From: an uncultured Desulfurococcaceae archaeon
GTDB lineage: Archaea > Thermoproteota > Thermoprotei_A > Sulfolobales > NBVN01
Assembly (NCBI GenBank): GCA_964627805.1
Contig: CAZVLA010000036.1
Location: forward strand, 10,422-74,421
DNA length: 64,000 nt
Direction: 5' to 3'
The position numbers were made by a program, and so were the translations under genes. Positions 27,854-37,789 of this stretch are shown here, one piece after another. Positions within the stretch are counted from its first letter, which is position 1. The number at the start of each line of letters is the position of its first letter. A model generated the notes under the pieces. The model was not told the origin of the DNA, searched no databases, and saw only the letters and a list, made by a program, of their open reading frames with translations.

Positions 27854-30800
27854 TTGGTGGGTAGTGGGTTAGTTAGGTGCTTAACGTTCGTGGTTTCCGT
27901 GTTAGTGATTACTTCATTAGTGGTTCCGGTAGTTCATGTATTGGGTAGTGACTTAAGTAGTGATTACTTGGTGTGGTTCTCTAAGCGTAGCTTAAGTGAC
28001 TACGTACTTATTCAGGCGTTTAGGTTTAGGAGGTGGCCCGATAGGTTAGGGCCTAACCCGTTGGTTGAGAGGTATAGGAATCCGTGGTCTGGGACGTACT
28101 CTGGGTATGAGGGTGTCATTAACTACTTAATATCCCTCTACTACTTCAAGGGTATAGTCCCTAAGTACGAGGTAGTGCCCCCGCTACTTAAGAGGGTTAG
28201 GGAGTTAATGCCTTACTACCCCCTCTACGGGATCTACGAACCGCTTAAGGACGGTGAGGTACTTAGGGATGGTGACGTAATAACCGTGCCTAAGGGTGAG
28301 TCAGTAATCATTGCTTTAGGACCTAAGCTAGTGCTCAATTATGTCAATAAGTTCTTGAGGGGGGCTACCTTTGAGGCTGAAGTAACGCACCCACTAAGTA
28401 ATTACTCACTACTAGGTGAGGTTAGGAAGTACAGCTTAAGCCAGTACGCCGCCTTAGTACCTCTCTACCTAAGTAGTAAGGTGAATTACTACCTATACCT
28501 AACACTACTCAATAGTAACTTCATGAGGGTCCATAAGGAACTACCTAACCTACCGCCATCGCTAAACCCCTTCAGTAGGTCATCATCAATAGTGATCACC
28601 TACGAAATCATAGGTAATGACGGAGCCGCTTGGGTATTCATTGGCGCCCCCAGTAAGTACGTACCGACTAGCTACTTCAGGAGGGCTGAGGAGCTAGCTA
28701 GGAATGAAGTACGTGGGTTGAGACTAGCGAGTACCGTACCTGTAATACAGCCTACGCAGTACTTCATAGCTGGTAATGAGGCACTTAGGGAGGGTAGTAA
28801 GGGTGTCTTAGTAGTTAGGGAGGACGTACTAAGTAGTAACTACTTAATAGTAACTATAAACCCGAGAAAGTACTCAGGTACCTTCAAGATAAGGTTCAAG
28901 GCATACATAGTACCTAGGGGTAGGGAATTCGTAATTAGGGAATTCATTAGGTACGGCTTACGTAAGGATGAGGTAATGAAGTACCCTAAACTAAGGGAAT
29001 TCACACTAACCTTCAAGGTAGGTCCTGAGTACTGGAGGATCCTCGAGGGTAGTAGAGGAGCGAGTATTAGGAGCTCTAAAGCGGATGGGGTAGAGGTGAG
29101 TAACTCCTTAACTAAGGCGGAGATCGTGGGTTACGGTTACTTCGGCGAGGCTATACTGAGGGTTACTGAGTACAGGGACTCGAAGCACTCCTACAGTAGT
29201 CAAGTACTGTATCAGTCAATATTCGGTTCAGGGGTCTACCGTGTGTATAGGTCTAGGGACGTACTCAGGATTAAGTCAGTGGCTTACTTCCCCTTAGGAG
29301 GGGCTACGCCATTACCTAGTGGTGCACCGATAATTATGGAGTCACCTAAGGTTACTAAGTACGTAGCTGTTAAGTCCTTCTACAGCTACTACGACATAAT
29401 ATCGTATAAGTACTCAGTCTTCACGGACCCATGCGGTAATAGTGCTTGGCTCGATAAGTGGATGCACCCCCTATGTAAGTACGCCTACGAGATCATGGGT
29501 GAGACTAACCTATGGCTAACCTACCCCCTATACCAATACAGGTACTACATCGTAGAGCTAACTAGGATGGCTAACGATAACCTAAGGAGCTTCGGTAGTC
29601 ACTGCTTCATTAAGTTCCCATGCCTAATGTACGGTAATTTCATGAGTCTCTTCGATAGGCTCAAGCTAGCCCCAATACCAAGTAGCGTAATAGGTGAGTT
29701 GGATTATAGGGTACCGCCTAGTTGGTGGGGTGTGTTAGGAGTTAATGAAGCTAATGACTTCATATACGACGTAGGCATCGATGCTTACTACTCAGTATAT
29801 GATACCTACTTAAAGGCTAGGATACTCTTCTCCGTACTAGACCTAAGTAGGTTCGGGAAGGTCAGAGTAACTTACTTCGGTAAGTACGATAAGTACGTAG
29901 TGAGTGTGAGGACCTCCCTAGGATTCACTAGGTACGTAAGCCCACCACCCACCTACCTACAAGGAATTAACGAATTAACTTTAGGCGGTATAGTCTCCGG
30001 AACCTTAGCAGGTACGTACTACGTAGCCGGTAAGTTCATTAAGCGCGAGGTCAGGATGGAGGTACCTAACTTCACTATCAAGTCGATGTACATAGTAACT
30101 AATAAGGTGTACTACTCCCTGGGGGATGAGGTCACTGCCTACATACACCTACTTAAGGGTAAGGAACCATTAATGAGTAACTCAATAAGGGTGGTAGTCA
30201 CCCTTAATCATAGGTACTTAAGTAAGCCTAAGGTAATCCTCACTAAGAGATTAAGTACGGACTCATCAGGTACTGCTAAGTTAGTCTTTAAGCTACCTAC
30301 CTACGAGGAATTCTCCAGGGAGTTGAGGGAAGGCGGGAGCAGTAAGTTACCCCCCATCATTAAGTTAGAGATAATCGCCTACGACGACGTTAATAAGCTG
30401 GACTACGTAGCTGAGCGCTGGGTATTGATGGGGGTTGTATTCATCGAGTTAATGGATGTTAAGTCAGTAATATCGCCTAACGTAAACAGTAACTACCCAC
30501 TAATCGAGTTCAGGGATAGGTACTCAGCTAAGTCATTCAGTGACTTACGTAGCCTGTGGTTAATCGACTCAAGAAATAGTAATAAGTTGGTCGTGGAGCT
30601 CAACATCTACGATAGAGTAACTGGTGAGTTGGTTAAGAACCTAAGGCTTAGCAGCCCCTTCGCAGTTATTAAGTTACCTATGGGTGATTACTCGGCCGAG
30701 GTAATCGTCAGGATTAATGACTTAAGCGATGCTTACGTACTTAAGACCCAACTATATAACTTCACGATAGATGAGACCATAACGATGGGTGCGGCACCCG

Positions 30801-33800
30801 TAGTCGAGATTGACGTACCCGTTACGTTGGTAATGAATGCCTTAGAGGTTGAGTCCCAGCTCGAGAAGCTCCAGTACGTCGACGCGACACTACTTAATTC
30901 CGTAATATCCAGCATTAAGAACGTACTAAATAAAGGCGTTAGTAAGTCGGCGGACTTCCTCGATGAGCTAGTAGTCATTAGTAAGGCAGTTAGTAGGGTA
31001 TGTAGTGAGTTAGGTGGTTACGTAGGTAGTAGATGCAGTAAATTAGCTAATTACCTAGTAAGTACCTACTCAGCACCTAGTAACTACTTAAGTAAGTTAA
31101 TCCTAGTTAAGACACCCATTAAGGTCAGATTGATTAGGGAGTACTTAGGGCCTTACATAACGGGTTCTAAGAGGCTACCTAGGTACGGTAGGGACTCCCT
31201 AAGCAACCCGGATAGCTTCTGGTCTAGGCTAGTTAGGGCTACCTTAGTTGAGGCCGTAGTCATTAATAGGTACTACAGGTCAGTGAAGCTTATACACTCG
31301 TCCGTGTACTACGTGAATGACCTCCTATGGGACGTCATTGACGTTACTAAGTTAGGTGAGTTAATATCTGAGATGCGTAGGGCATCCTCCCCGGACGTAA
31401 TCGATGTTAAGGCCCTTGAGGAGGACCTACTTAAGGGCTCAGGCCCCTTCATGAATTACCTTAAGGAGCTTAAGTCATTAGGTGGTTACTCCGTATTTGA
31501 TAAGCTCAATGAGGAGTTAGTTAAGGATGTAGGTGACTTACGTAATGACATCGTTAATGTAGTAGTTAATACGTTCATTAGTCAATCAATTAAGAGCCTC
31601 GTTAGTAACGTAATGATTGGTAAGGTACTGAGTAAGGCCATGAACCTAACATCAAGCGACTTAAGCTACTTAGATACTGAATTAACTAATGAACTCACTA
31701 AACTAGCTACACCACTAACCCACCTAGCATTAAGTAGGGTAGGCGTCACTAAGAAACTACTTGGTTACGACGCGGTACCACCGGATAAGGTATTCAGTAC
31801 TGACTTACGGGGGGCCTTAGGCGCTGTTCTTGATGAGGCTATGAAGTTAGGTACTAAGTTAGTAGCTCATTACGTAGCTGAGGAGTACATAGTTAATGAG
31901 TTAGTACCTAAGCTTAAGGAATTCCTTAAGTACTCAGTAGGTAGCATACTGCATAGGCATAACGCAGGATCTACTCGGGTAATTATTGACTACGTAAGCA
32001 CATTAACGAGCTTCGTAGGTGACGTTGACGGTAGTATGGATGACCTCATGAGTACCTACTCACTAGCTACTAACCCGTTAGGGGCACTTACTAAGCACTT
32101 AAGCTTCATAAGTAGCTACGAGCTTAAGGGGTATAAGGCATTAGAGAGTTCGAGGGCTTTACTGGAGCTAATCGAGGCTAGTAAATCACCTGTGGTATCA
32201 CCCTACAGAGGCACGGAACTCGAGCCACTGATTAGTAAGGTCTACTCTAAAGTGATTGACGGTCTAGGATCGAGGAGCTTCGCATCCAAGAAGCTCTCGT
32301 GGCTGGTTAAGAACCTTAAGGAGGTATTCGGGGAGGCTGGTGAGGGGTTTAGGAGGGCTACCTCACAATTAATGATTATATACCTACTCAAGATAAGTGT
32401 TGAGGGCTTCCTAGCGTACAGTACGTGGACAGCAGGTACCTTAGGTACGGAGTTAGTCCTTAAGTCACTACACTACGAGGTTAAGGGGGTACCCGTAGTT
32501 AGGGCTGATGAGGTCGCTCAAGCATACGCGGGTATCTTCAAGTACTTCCTAAACATAGCTCCGGGGTGGACACTCTCGATTCAATCACAGATCAGTATGT
32601 CGGGTAGTAAGTACTCAGTAAGTGACTTAAGTACGTCATACGTAGTCAGTAACTCACCAAGGATTAAGGACCTAAGCACCCTCGTGAGTAGCGTAGGCGT
32701 TAACTCATTCAGTACTAGATTCGCTAGGCTTAAGGAATTAATCAGTAAGTTAGTATCCAGTAACTACTTAATGGGTAGGGACTTAATCGAGGCCTTAAAC
32801 CTCACTGACTCAACCTACCATGACTTAGGGATAGTGATTAAGGCGTTAGGTAGTGGCTTAATCAGTAGGGAAGGGGTAGGTATTAATGAATTAGTGAACC
32901 TACTAAGTACTTACTACGTACTGAGGCTAGTTAGGGACTCCATCCTCCAGCTATACGCGTCACCCATAATCACCCTCAACCGCTCCGAACTAACTATACT
33001 AATGAATGCCTTAATGAGGTCCTCAAACACCCTTGACGACCTAATGAGCAGGTTAGTTAGTGGGTTAGGTAGTGATGAGGCGGTGGTATTCGTTGATGCC
33101 TACGTAAGTAAGGCAGGTATCCACGGACTGAACAGTACGTTAAGGTTACTAGTAACTACGTACTCAGGAGGTACTCACGAGTTAGTGATTAGGTTCAGAC
33201 CCTTAAGGAACGTAGTTAGGTTAGGTAGGGACGAGGTTAGGCTTAAGCTAGGTAATGGATTAAGGAGGTACGGCGTAACCAATTACGTAATCATGAAGAA
33301 CCCCGTAAGGTACGGCTTAGTCGAGGTTAAGGCATTCCTTGACGGTAGGTTAGTGAGTTACTCAGTAGTTAGGACTGAAGCTATTAGTGACTTCAAGAAG
33401 TTAGTCGTTGGTAACTTAATCATTAATTACTTAGTAAGCATGCCTAAGGTAGTTATTAAGGACGGGGCTATTAGGTTAAGTAACTTAACCAGTAAGGACT
33501 ACGTAGTTATCTACTTACCTAAGGTAGGTAGCGGTGCTAAGCCTGAGTTAGTATGTAGCGGTAACTACACGTCCGTAATCATTGACTTAGGTAGGTACTA
33601 CGTAATTAAGGTTACTTATGACTCAGTAGGTAGTTTAGTGATTAAGTACTCACTGAAGCACGAATCCTACATAGCTAACCTCGGGGAGGGTAAGGTTATT
33701 TACGAAGGAAGCGGTGAGGTACTACAGCACTCTAAGGTATTGAGTAGGGAGGTGGTTAGTAAGTCAGTAGGAACTACTACCGGGACCTACGGAACCCCAT

Positions 33801-33982
33801 TAAGCAGTAGTAGGGGTGAGGGATTAGCGAGTGGTGAGGTACTGAGTACCTCCTCAGTAGCCAAGGCTAAGGCAGGGGCTAGTCCTCTCGGCTACGTAGT
33901 TGTGACTTACGTACTAGTAACTACCCTAGTAGCTGCTTTCGTAACTTACCTAATCATTAGGAGGAGGGGAGGAGGTGGTTGA
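27854..33982 (+). CDS. Giant (2042 aa) exported protein with C-terminal membrane anchor; function unknown, candidate envelope stalk/anchor
   Basis: Uninterrupted 6.1-kb ORF. N-terminal hydrophobic segment LTFVVSVLVITSLVVPVV. Ser/Thr/Gly-rich tract (GTTTGTYGTPLSSSRGEG...STSSVAKAKAG), then TM YVVVTYVLVTTLVAAFVTYLII and RRRGGGG at the C-terminus. No catalytic motif recognised. Confidence 0.7.
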   Translation: MVGSGLVRCLTFVVSVLVITSLVVPVVHVLGSDLSSDYLVWFSKRSLSDYVLIQAFRFRRWPDRLGPNPLVERYRNPWSGTYSGYEGVINYLISLYYFKGIVPKYEVVPPLLKRVRELMPYYPLYGIYEPLKDGEVLRDGDVITVPKGESVIIALGPKLVLNYVNKFLRGATFEAEVTHPLSNYSLLGEVRKYSLSQYAALVPLYLSSKVNYYLYLTLLNSNFMRVHKELPNLPPSLNPFSRSSSIVITYEIIGNDGAAWVFIGAPSKYVPTSYFRRAEELARNEVRGLRLASTVPVIQPTQYFIAGNEALREGSKGVLVVREDVLSSNYLIVTINPRKYSGTFKIRFKAYIVPRGREFVIREFIRYGLRKDEVMKYPKLREFTLTFKVGPEYWRILEGSRGASIRSSKADGVEVSNSLTKAEIVGYGYFGEAILRVTEYRDSKHSYSSQVLYQSIFGSGVYRVYRSRDVLRIKSVAYFPLGGATPLPSGAPIIMESPKVTKYVAVKSFYSYYDIISYKYSVFTDPCGNSAWLDKWMHPLCKYAYEIMGETNLWLTYPLYQYRYYIVELTRMANDNLRSFGSHCFIKFPCLMYGNFMSLFDRLKLAPIPSSVIGELDYRVPPSWWGVLGVNEANDFIYDVGIDAYYSVYDTYLKARILFSVLDLSRFGKVRVTYFGKYDKYVVSVRTSLGFTRYVSPPPTYLQGINELTLGGIVSGTLAGTYYVAGKFIKREVRMEVPNFTIKSMYIVTNKVYYSLGDEVTAYIHLLKGKEPLMSNSIRVVVTLNHRYLSKPKVILTKRLSTDSSGTAKLVFKLPTYEEFSRELREGGSSKLPPIIKLEIIAYDDVNKLDYVAERWVLMGVVFIELMDVKSVISPNVNSNYPLIEFRDRYSAKSFSDLRSLWLIDSRNSNKLVVELNIYDRVTGELVKNLRLSSPFAVIKLPMGDYSAEVIVRINDLSDAYVLKTQLYNFTIDETITMGAAPVVEIDVPVTLVMNALEVESQLEKLQYVDATLLNSVISSIKNVLNKGVSKSADFLDELVVISKAVSRVCSELGGYVGSRCSKLANYLVSTYSAPSNYLSKLILVKTPIKVRLIREYLGPYITGSKRLPRYGRDSLSNPDSFWSRLVRATLVEAVVINRYYRSVKLIHSSVYYVNDLLWDVIDVTKLGELISEMRRASSPDVIDVKALEEDLLKGSGPFMNYLKELKSLGGYSVFDKLNEELVKDVGDLRNDIVNVVVNTFISQSIKSLVSNVMIGKVLSKAMNLTSSDLSYLDTELTNELTKLATPLTHLALSRVGVTKKLLGYDAVPPDKVFSTDLRGALGAVLDEAMKLGTKLVAHYVAEEYIVNELVPKLKEFLKYSVGSILHRHNAGSTRVIIDYVSTLTSFVGDVDGSMDDLMSTYSLATNPLGALTKHLSFISSYELKGYKALESSRALLELIEASKSPVVSPYRGTELEPLISKVYSKVIDGLGSRSFASKKLSWLVKNLKEVFGEAGEGFRRATSQLMIIYLLKISVEGFLAYSTWTAGTLGTELVLKSLHYEVKGVPVVRADEVAQAYAGIFKYFLNIAPGWTLSIQSQISMSGSKYSVSDLSTSYVVSNSPRIKDLSTLVSSVGVNSFSTRFARLKELISKLVSSNYLMGRDLIEALNLTDSTYHDLGIVIKALGSGLISREGVGINELVNLLSTYYVLRLVRDSILQLYASPIITLNRSELTILMNALMRSSNTLDDLMSRLVSGLGSDEAVVFVDAYVSKAGIHGLNSTLRLLVTTYSGGTHELVIRFRPLRNVVRLGRDEVRLKLGNGLRRYGVTNYVIMKNPVRYGLVEVKAFLDGRLVSYSVVRTEAISDFKKLVVGNLIINYLVSMPKVVIKDGAIRLSNLTSKDYVVIYLPKVGSGAKPELVCSGNYTSVIIDLGRYYVIKVTYDSVGSLVIKYSLKHESYIANLGEGKVIYEGSGEVLQHSKVLSREVVSKSVGTTTGTYGTPLSSSRGEGLASGEVLSTSSVAKAKAGASPLGYVVVTYVLVTTLVAAFVTYLIIRRRGGGG

Positions 33983-36900
33983 TGTGGGTTTGTTAGGTAG
34001 GTCTAAACCCTTAGTAGCTACATTAATCGTAGTAGCTGCAATCCTAGCGACTACCCCCTACGTAACTCAAGTAAGTGCTGATTACTACACACTTAAGGTA
34101 GTCACTAACAAACCATTATTCGCTGTATTCATTAACGGTACGTTCAAGGGGCTCTACGACACGGAAGCTCTACTGAGGTTAAGGAGGGGTACTTACGAAG
34201 TATCGTTAATTAGCGTAGGTACTGATTGGGTTAACCGCACGGTAGTACTCAACAGTAATAAGGTAGTTAAGGTGGGGTTAGGGATTGGTGGGTACGTAAG
34301 TATTAAGGCGTTGATTAAGGGACCGACTAACTACGGAGGGACAGTCAAGGCATGCATATTTAAGAACGGGCGCTTAAGCAGTACTACATTCATAAGTAAT
34401 AACTCCGTACTTGAGATGGTCCCTAAGTTACGTAGTACGTTGCTGGGACTGGGTATTGAGGGTGGCGAGTTAGTTAATTACGTAGTAGGTCCTAAAGAGG
34501 CTAGGGAAGGTAGGTTAATTATAAAGTATAAGGACTTAGGGTTAGGTCTGCTGAAGGTAGTACCAGTAACTAGTAATGTGGAGGACCTCCGTGGAGGAGT
34601 GAAGGCATTAGTGGTTAACGGTAAGTACGTAGTAGTTCTTAAGGAGTACGGAGGTAATTACGTAGTAGCCCTACGTAAGGGTAGGTACAGGGTTAAGTTA
34701 GTAGTGACTCCTTACTGCTCAGACATGAGTAACTGCCCTCAAGGAATTACCTACATGTCCGACGAGACTACAGTAAACGTCGCTCCCGGGGAGTTGAGGG
34801 AGGTAGTGCTTAAGGTCAGACCAACCTACGCGCGCTCCATGAGGTTCGTCATCCATGCTAAGTACTTAGGGAGGAGGTACTTAACGTACAGTAACGTATT
34901 CGGGCTACCTACGTGGGCTCCGGGGTCGACGTACTTACTAGATAATAAGTTAGTACTGATTAATGGTGAGGAATTAGCACTACTCACTAGAAGTAGTGAC
35001 TACGCACTCCTAAGGATGGACCTAAGTAACTTAAGTAGGTTCAACATCACGTTACTCTCACCAACCTACGGGGTGAAGTCAGTCCGTACCGACGTCTCCC
35101 CCAAGTCACTGCAGGTGAGGTCTGAGGTGGTATTGAGTGTTAAGTTAGGTAGGGTCGTGTTTAGGGGTTTGAGGGGTTACTTAGGACCTAGTACGTACGT
35201 ATTAATTAATGGTGAGTTAGTTAATACGGTACCTACTTCATACTTAGAGAGTCAAGGGATGTACCTACCACGGGGTAGGTGGTGCATTAAGTTACTGAGT
35301 ATGAACTGGCGTACGTACACTATGTACGAGGTTAGTAAGTGCTTGAGTATTAGGGGTTACGACTACTTAGTCATCGATAGTGGTAACTACACCTTAAGGA
35401 AGTACCCGTACTTAAGTACGTCAGTAACCAATAGTAAGTTCAAGTACGTAAGCATTAACTTAGTCGGTATTAACTACAGATCGACCTACGACTTAAGGGC
35501 CTTAGTACTAATTAATGGTGAGCCAGTAGCTTATAAGTACTTAAGAGGGAGTAAGGGTGTTCTATCGCTAGTTAATGCCTTCATACCAGCTAACGTAAGT
35601 AACTCCTCCGTAATCAAGATTAAGGCTTTAGTAAGGGACGTAAGGACGGGTGCGCTGTACGTTGGTGAGTCCGAAGTAACTGCCTCCGGCGCGTTACTTG
35701 TTAACGTACGTATGAGGAGGGTTAATGGCGACTTAATCATCGACTTAAGGAGCGGTGGTAGGGATTACAGGATATACGCAGTAGGTAATTGGGTTGACGG
35801 TCACTTCGTAGGTGCTGTTAGTGGGGGTTACGGAAGCTCCACTAAGTACGTACTTAGGGGGTTGAGCTTAGGTAGGCATAGTGTTAAGTTACTGGTTAAG
35901 GTATGCCGTAGGTACGTATGCTCCCTAATCAGTAGGGAGTACTTAGTGAGTGTCGGTTCTGGGGATAACTCATTAAGTGTGTTAGTCAGTAGTAAGGACT
36001 TCAACGAAGCGTTAGGTAGGGCTAAGTTAGTGATTAAGGGTAAGTTAGGTTCCCGGAACCTACTAATGATTAGTAAGTCCGGTGAGGCTAGGTTATGCTC
36101 TACCTACTTAGCTAGGGAGGACATCACTATCGACGGTCTTAAGCTAGGTGATGAGGTTAAGATAGTGAGTAGTAACGACACCGTAGTGTTCAAGGAAATC
36201 AACGGCGACGTAGTAGCTCTAGGACCTACTAACTACTACACTAACTGGGTTAGGTTGAGTGACTTAGTTAATGAAGTTAATTTAAGGAGTGACTACGCTT
36301 ACCTACTAGTGAATTTAGGTAGGAGGGTTAAGGGTGAGGCAGTAGCTATTGATTCCGAAGGTACCGTACGTTCAGTAAGTAGTAAGTCATACAAGGCGTT
36401 TGGGGAGTACAGTAACTACCTAGTAATACCCGTTAGTGCAGGCTACTTCAGACTACTTAAGCTCTACATCACGGTATCTAGCCACGTACTTACCCCCGGA
36501 GGGGGTAGGGAGTACTACCTAGTCCTTAGTAATAAGTTACTCGATCCTGGTAAGTACTACGTAATACCCCGTACCTCCTTAAGACCCGCTACGGCCACCT
36601 TAGTAGTTAAGCCAGTAAGTAGCGTTACTGGGGAGCCCGTATACCTTGAGTTAATGGCTCTATTCATTAACGGGACCTTCGTAAAGGCAGTTACCCTAGT
36701 CCCTAACTCCATCAACTACGTACTCCTTAACCTACCCATAAACCTCACCTACAGAATATCGATTTACTCAAGGAACTACGAACTACGTAACTACGTAGTT
36801 AAGTTAGTTAGGGATTACCAGGTAGTTGAGTTACCGATGAGGTTGAGGAGCGGTGAGGTACCTACTTACGTGTACTTAAGTGAGGTAGTTATTGATGGTA

Positions 36901-37694
36901 GTAAGTACTTAGAGGTCGTTATGAGTATTGAGGACTCATCACCCCTCAAGAACGTACTTCCCGAGAATGTAGACTTAGTAATTAATGGTGAGGCCTACGT
37001 AATGAGTAAGTACTCAGGGGGTTCGTGGGTAGCACTAATACCTACTAAGCTCCTACGTAAGGGCATTAACCACTTAGTAATAACTGCCGGTGATGTTAAG
37101 CTCCATGAACGTACATTCACCTTAAGCAGTACCGAGGTAGTTACTGAGTTCAGTAGGTACTTGGTTAGGGTTGGTGAGGGGGTTAAGGTTAGGGTTAAGG
37201 TATTTAATGCCTCAGAACCCCTCAGTAGGTACTCATTAGTTATTACCTACGTAAGTACATCAAGCAACGTAAGTAATTACCTAGCGTACGTCACGGAGTT
37301 GAGCAGTAGTGAATTACTCATTAATTGGGTACCTAAGGAGGCAGGGATCTACGTAGTAACTACTAAGCTCCTTAAGGACGGTGAGTTAATTAGTAAGTAC
37401 GTTAGTAGGGAATTAATCGTCGTACCTAAGGATGAGACGACACTACTTAAGTTCATACCTGAGGTAGCGGGTAATGCGTTAGTTATTGATGGTTTAGCGT
37501 ACGTACCTTGGGGTAATGAAGTACGGGTTAAGGTATTCATCAATAACTCACTAGTCCATGAGGGTGTGGTTAAGGGTTACGTATTCAAGTATTCAGTAAG
37601 GGTAGGTAGGGGTAGTACATACGTAGTTAGGGTTGAGTACGTAGTCGATGGTGAATCAGTAGCAACTGAAGAAGCTATCGTTAGGGTTAAGTGA
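33975..37694 (+). CDS. Large (1239 aa) secreted multi-repeat beta-rich protein (PEGA-like modules); function unknown, candidate envelope lattice protein
   Basis: Overlaps the upstream stop by 8 nt (GTG 33975). An alternative GTG at 33984 is preceded by SD-like GGAGGTG (33971-33977). Signal-like LVATLIVVAAILATT ... QVSA/DY. Recurrent [LFV][IV]NG[ET] motif; many N-x-S/T sequons. Confidence 0.7.
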   Translation: MVDVGLLGRSKPLVATLIVVAAILATTPYVTQVSADYYTLKVVTNKPLFAVFINGTFKGLYDTEALLRLRRGTYEVSLISVGTDWVNRTVVLNSNKVVKVGLGIGGYVSIKALIKGPTNYGGTVKACIFKNGRLSSTTFISNNSVLEMVPKLRSTLLGLGIEGGELVNYVVGPKEAREGRLIIKYKDLGLGLLKVVPVTSNVEDLRGGVKALVVNGKYVVVLKEYGGNYVVALRKGRYRVKLVVTPYCSDMSNCPQGITYMSDETTVNVAPGELREVVLKVRPTYARSMRFVIHAKYLGRRYLTYSNVFGLPTWAPGSTYLLDNKLVLINGEELALLTRSSDYALLRMDLSNLSRFNITLLSPTYGVKSVRTDVSPKSLQVRSEVVLSVKLGRVVFRGLRGYLGPSTYVLINGELVNTVPTSYLESQGMYLPRGRWCIKLLSMNWRTYTMYEVSKCLSIRGYDYLVIDSGNYTLRKYPYLSTSVTNSKFKYVSINLVGINYRSTYDLRALVLINGEPVAYKYLRGSKGVLSLVNAFIPANVSNSSVIKIKALVRDVRTGALYVGESEVTASGALLVNVRMRRVNGDLIIDLRSGGRDYRIYAVGNWVDGHFVGAVSGGYGSSTKYVLRGLSLGRHSVKLLVKVCRRYVCSLISREYLVSVGSGDNSLSVLVSSKDFNEALGRAKLVIKGKLGSRNLLMISKSGEARLCSTYLAREDITIDGLKLGDEVKIVSSNDTVVFKEINGDVVALGPTNYYTNWVRLSDLVNEVNLRSDYAYLLVNLGRRVKGEAVAIDSEGTVRSVSSKSYKAFGEYSNYLVIPVSAGYFRLLKLYITVSSHVLTPGGGREYYLVLSNKLLDPGKYYVIPRTSLRPATATLVVKPVSSVTGEPVYLELMALFINGTFVKAVTLVPNSINYVLLNLPINLTYRISIYSRNYELRNYVVKLVRDYQVVELPMRLRSGEVPTYVYLSEVVIDGSKYLEVVMSIEDSSPLKNVLPENVDLVINGEAYVMSKYSGGSWVALIPTKLLRKGINHLVITAGDVKLHERTFTLSSTEVVTEFSRYLVRVGEGVKVRVKVFNASEPLSRYSLVITYVSTSSNVSNYLAYVTELSSSELLINWVPKEAGIYVVTTKLLKDGELISKYVSRELIVVPKDETTLLKFIPEVAGNALVIDGLAYVPWGNEVRVKVFINNSLVHEGVVKGYVFKYSVRVGRGSTYVVRVEYVVDGESVATEEAIVRVK

Positions 37695-37789
37695 GTTAAG
37701 CCACCACTCCCTAACCCACGAACACAGGGTATCCTACGCATGAGGATGCAGTAACTGCTTTCGGGTTCCTTAAGATTACGTACCCTCCC

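Noticed and set aside
33961-33982. Purine run GAGGAGGGGAGGAGGTGGTTGA at the junction of the two giant genes, considered as a separate regulatory repeat.
   Set aside because: It is explained by the RRRGGGG C-terminus of ORF1. It doubles as an SD-like GGAGGTG for the downstream start, which is already covered in the operon feature and finding.
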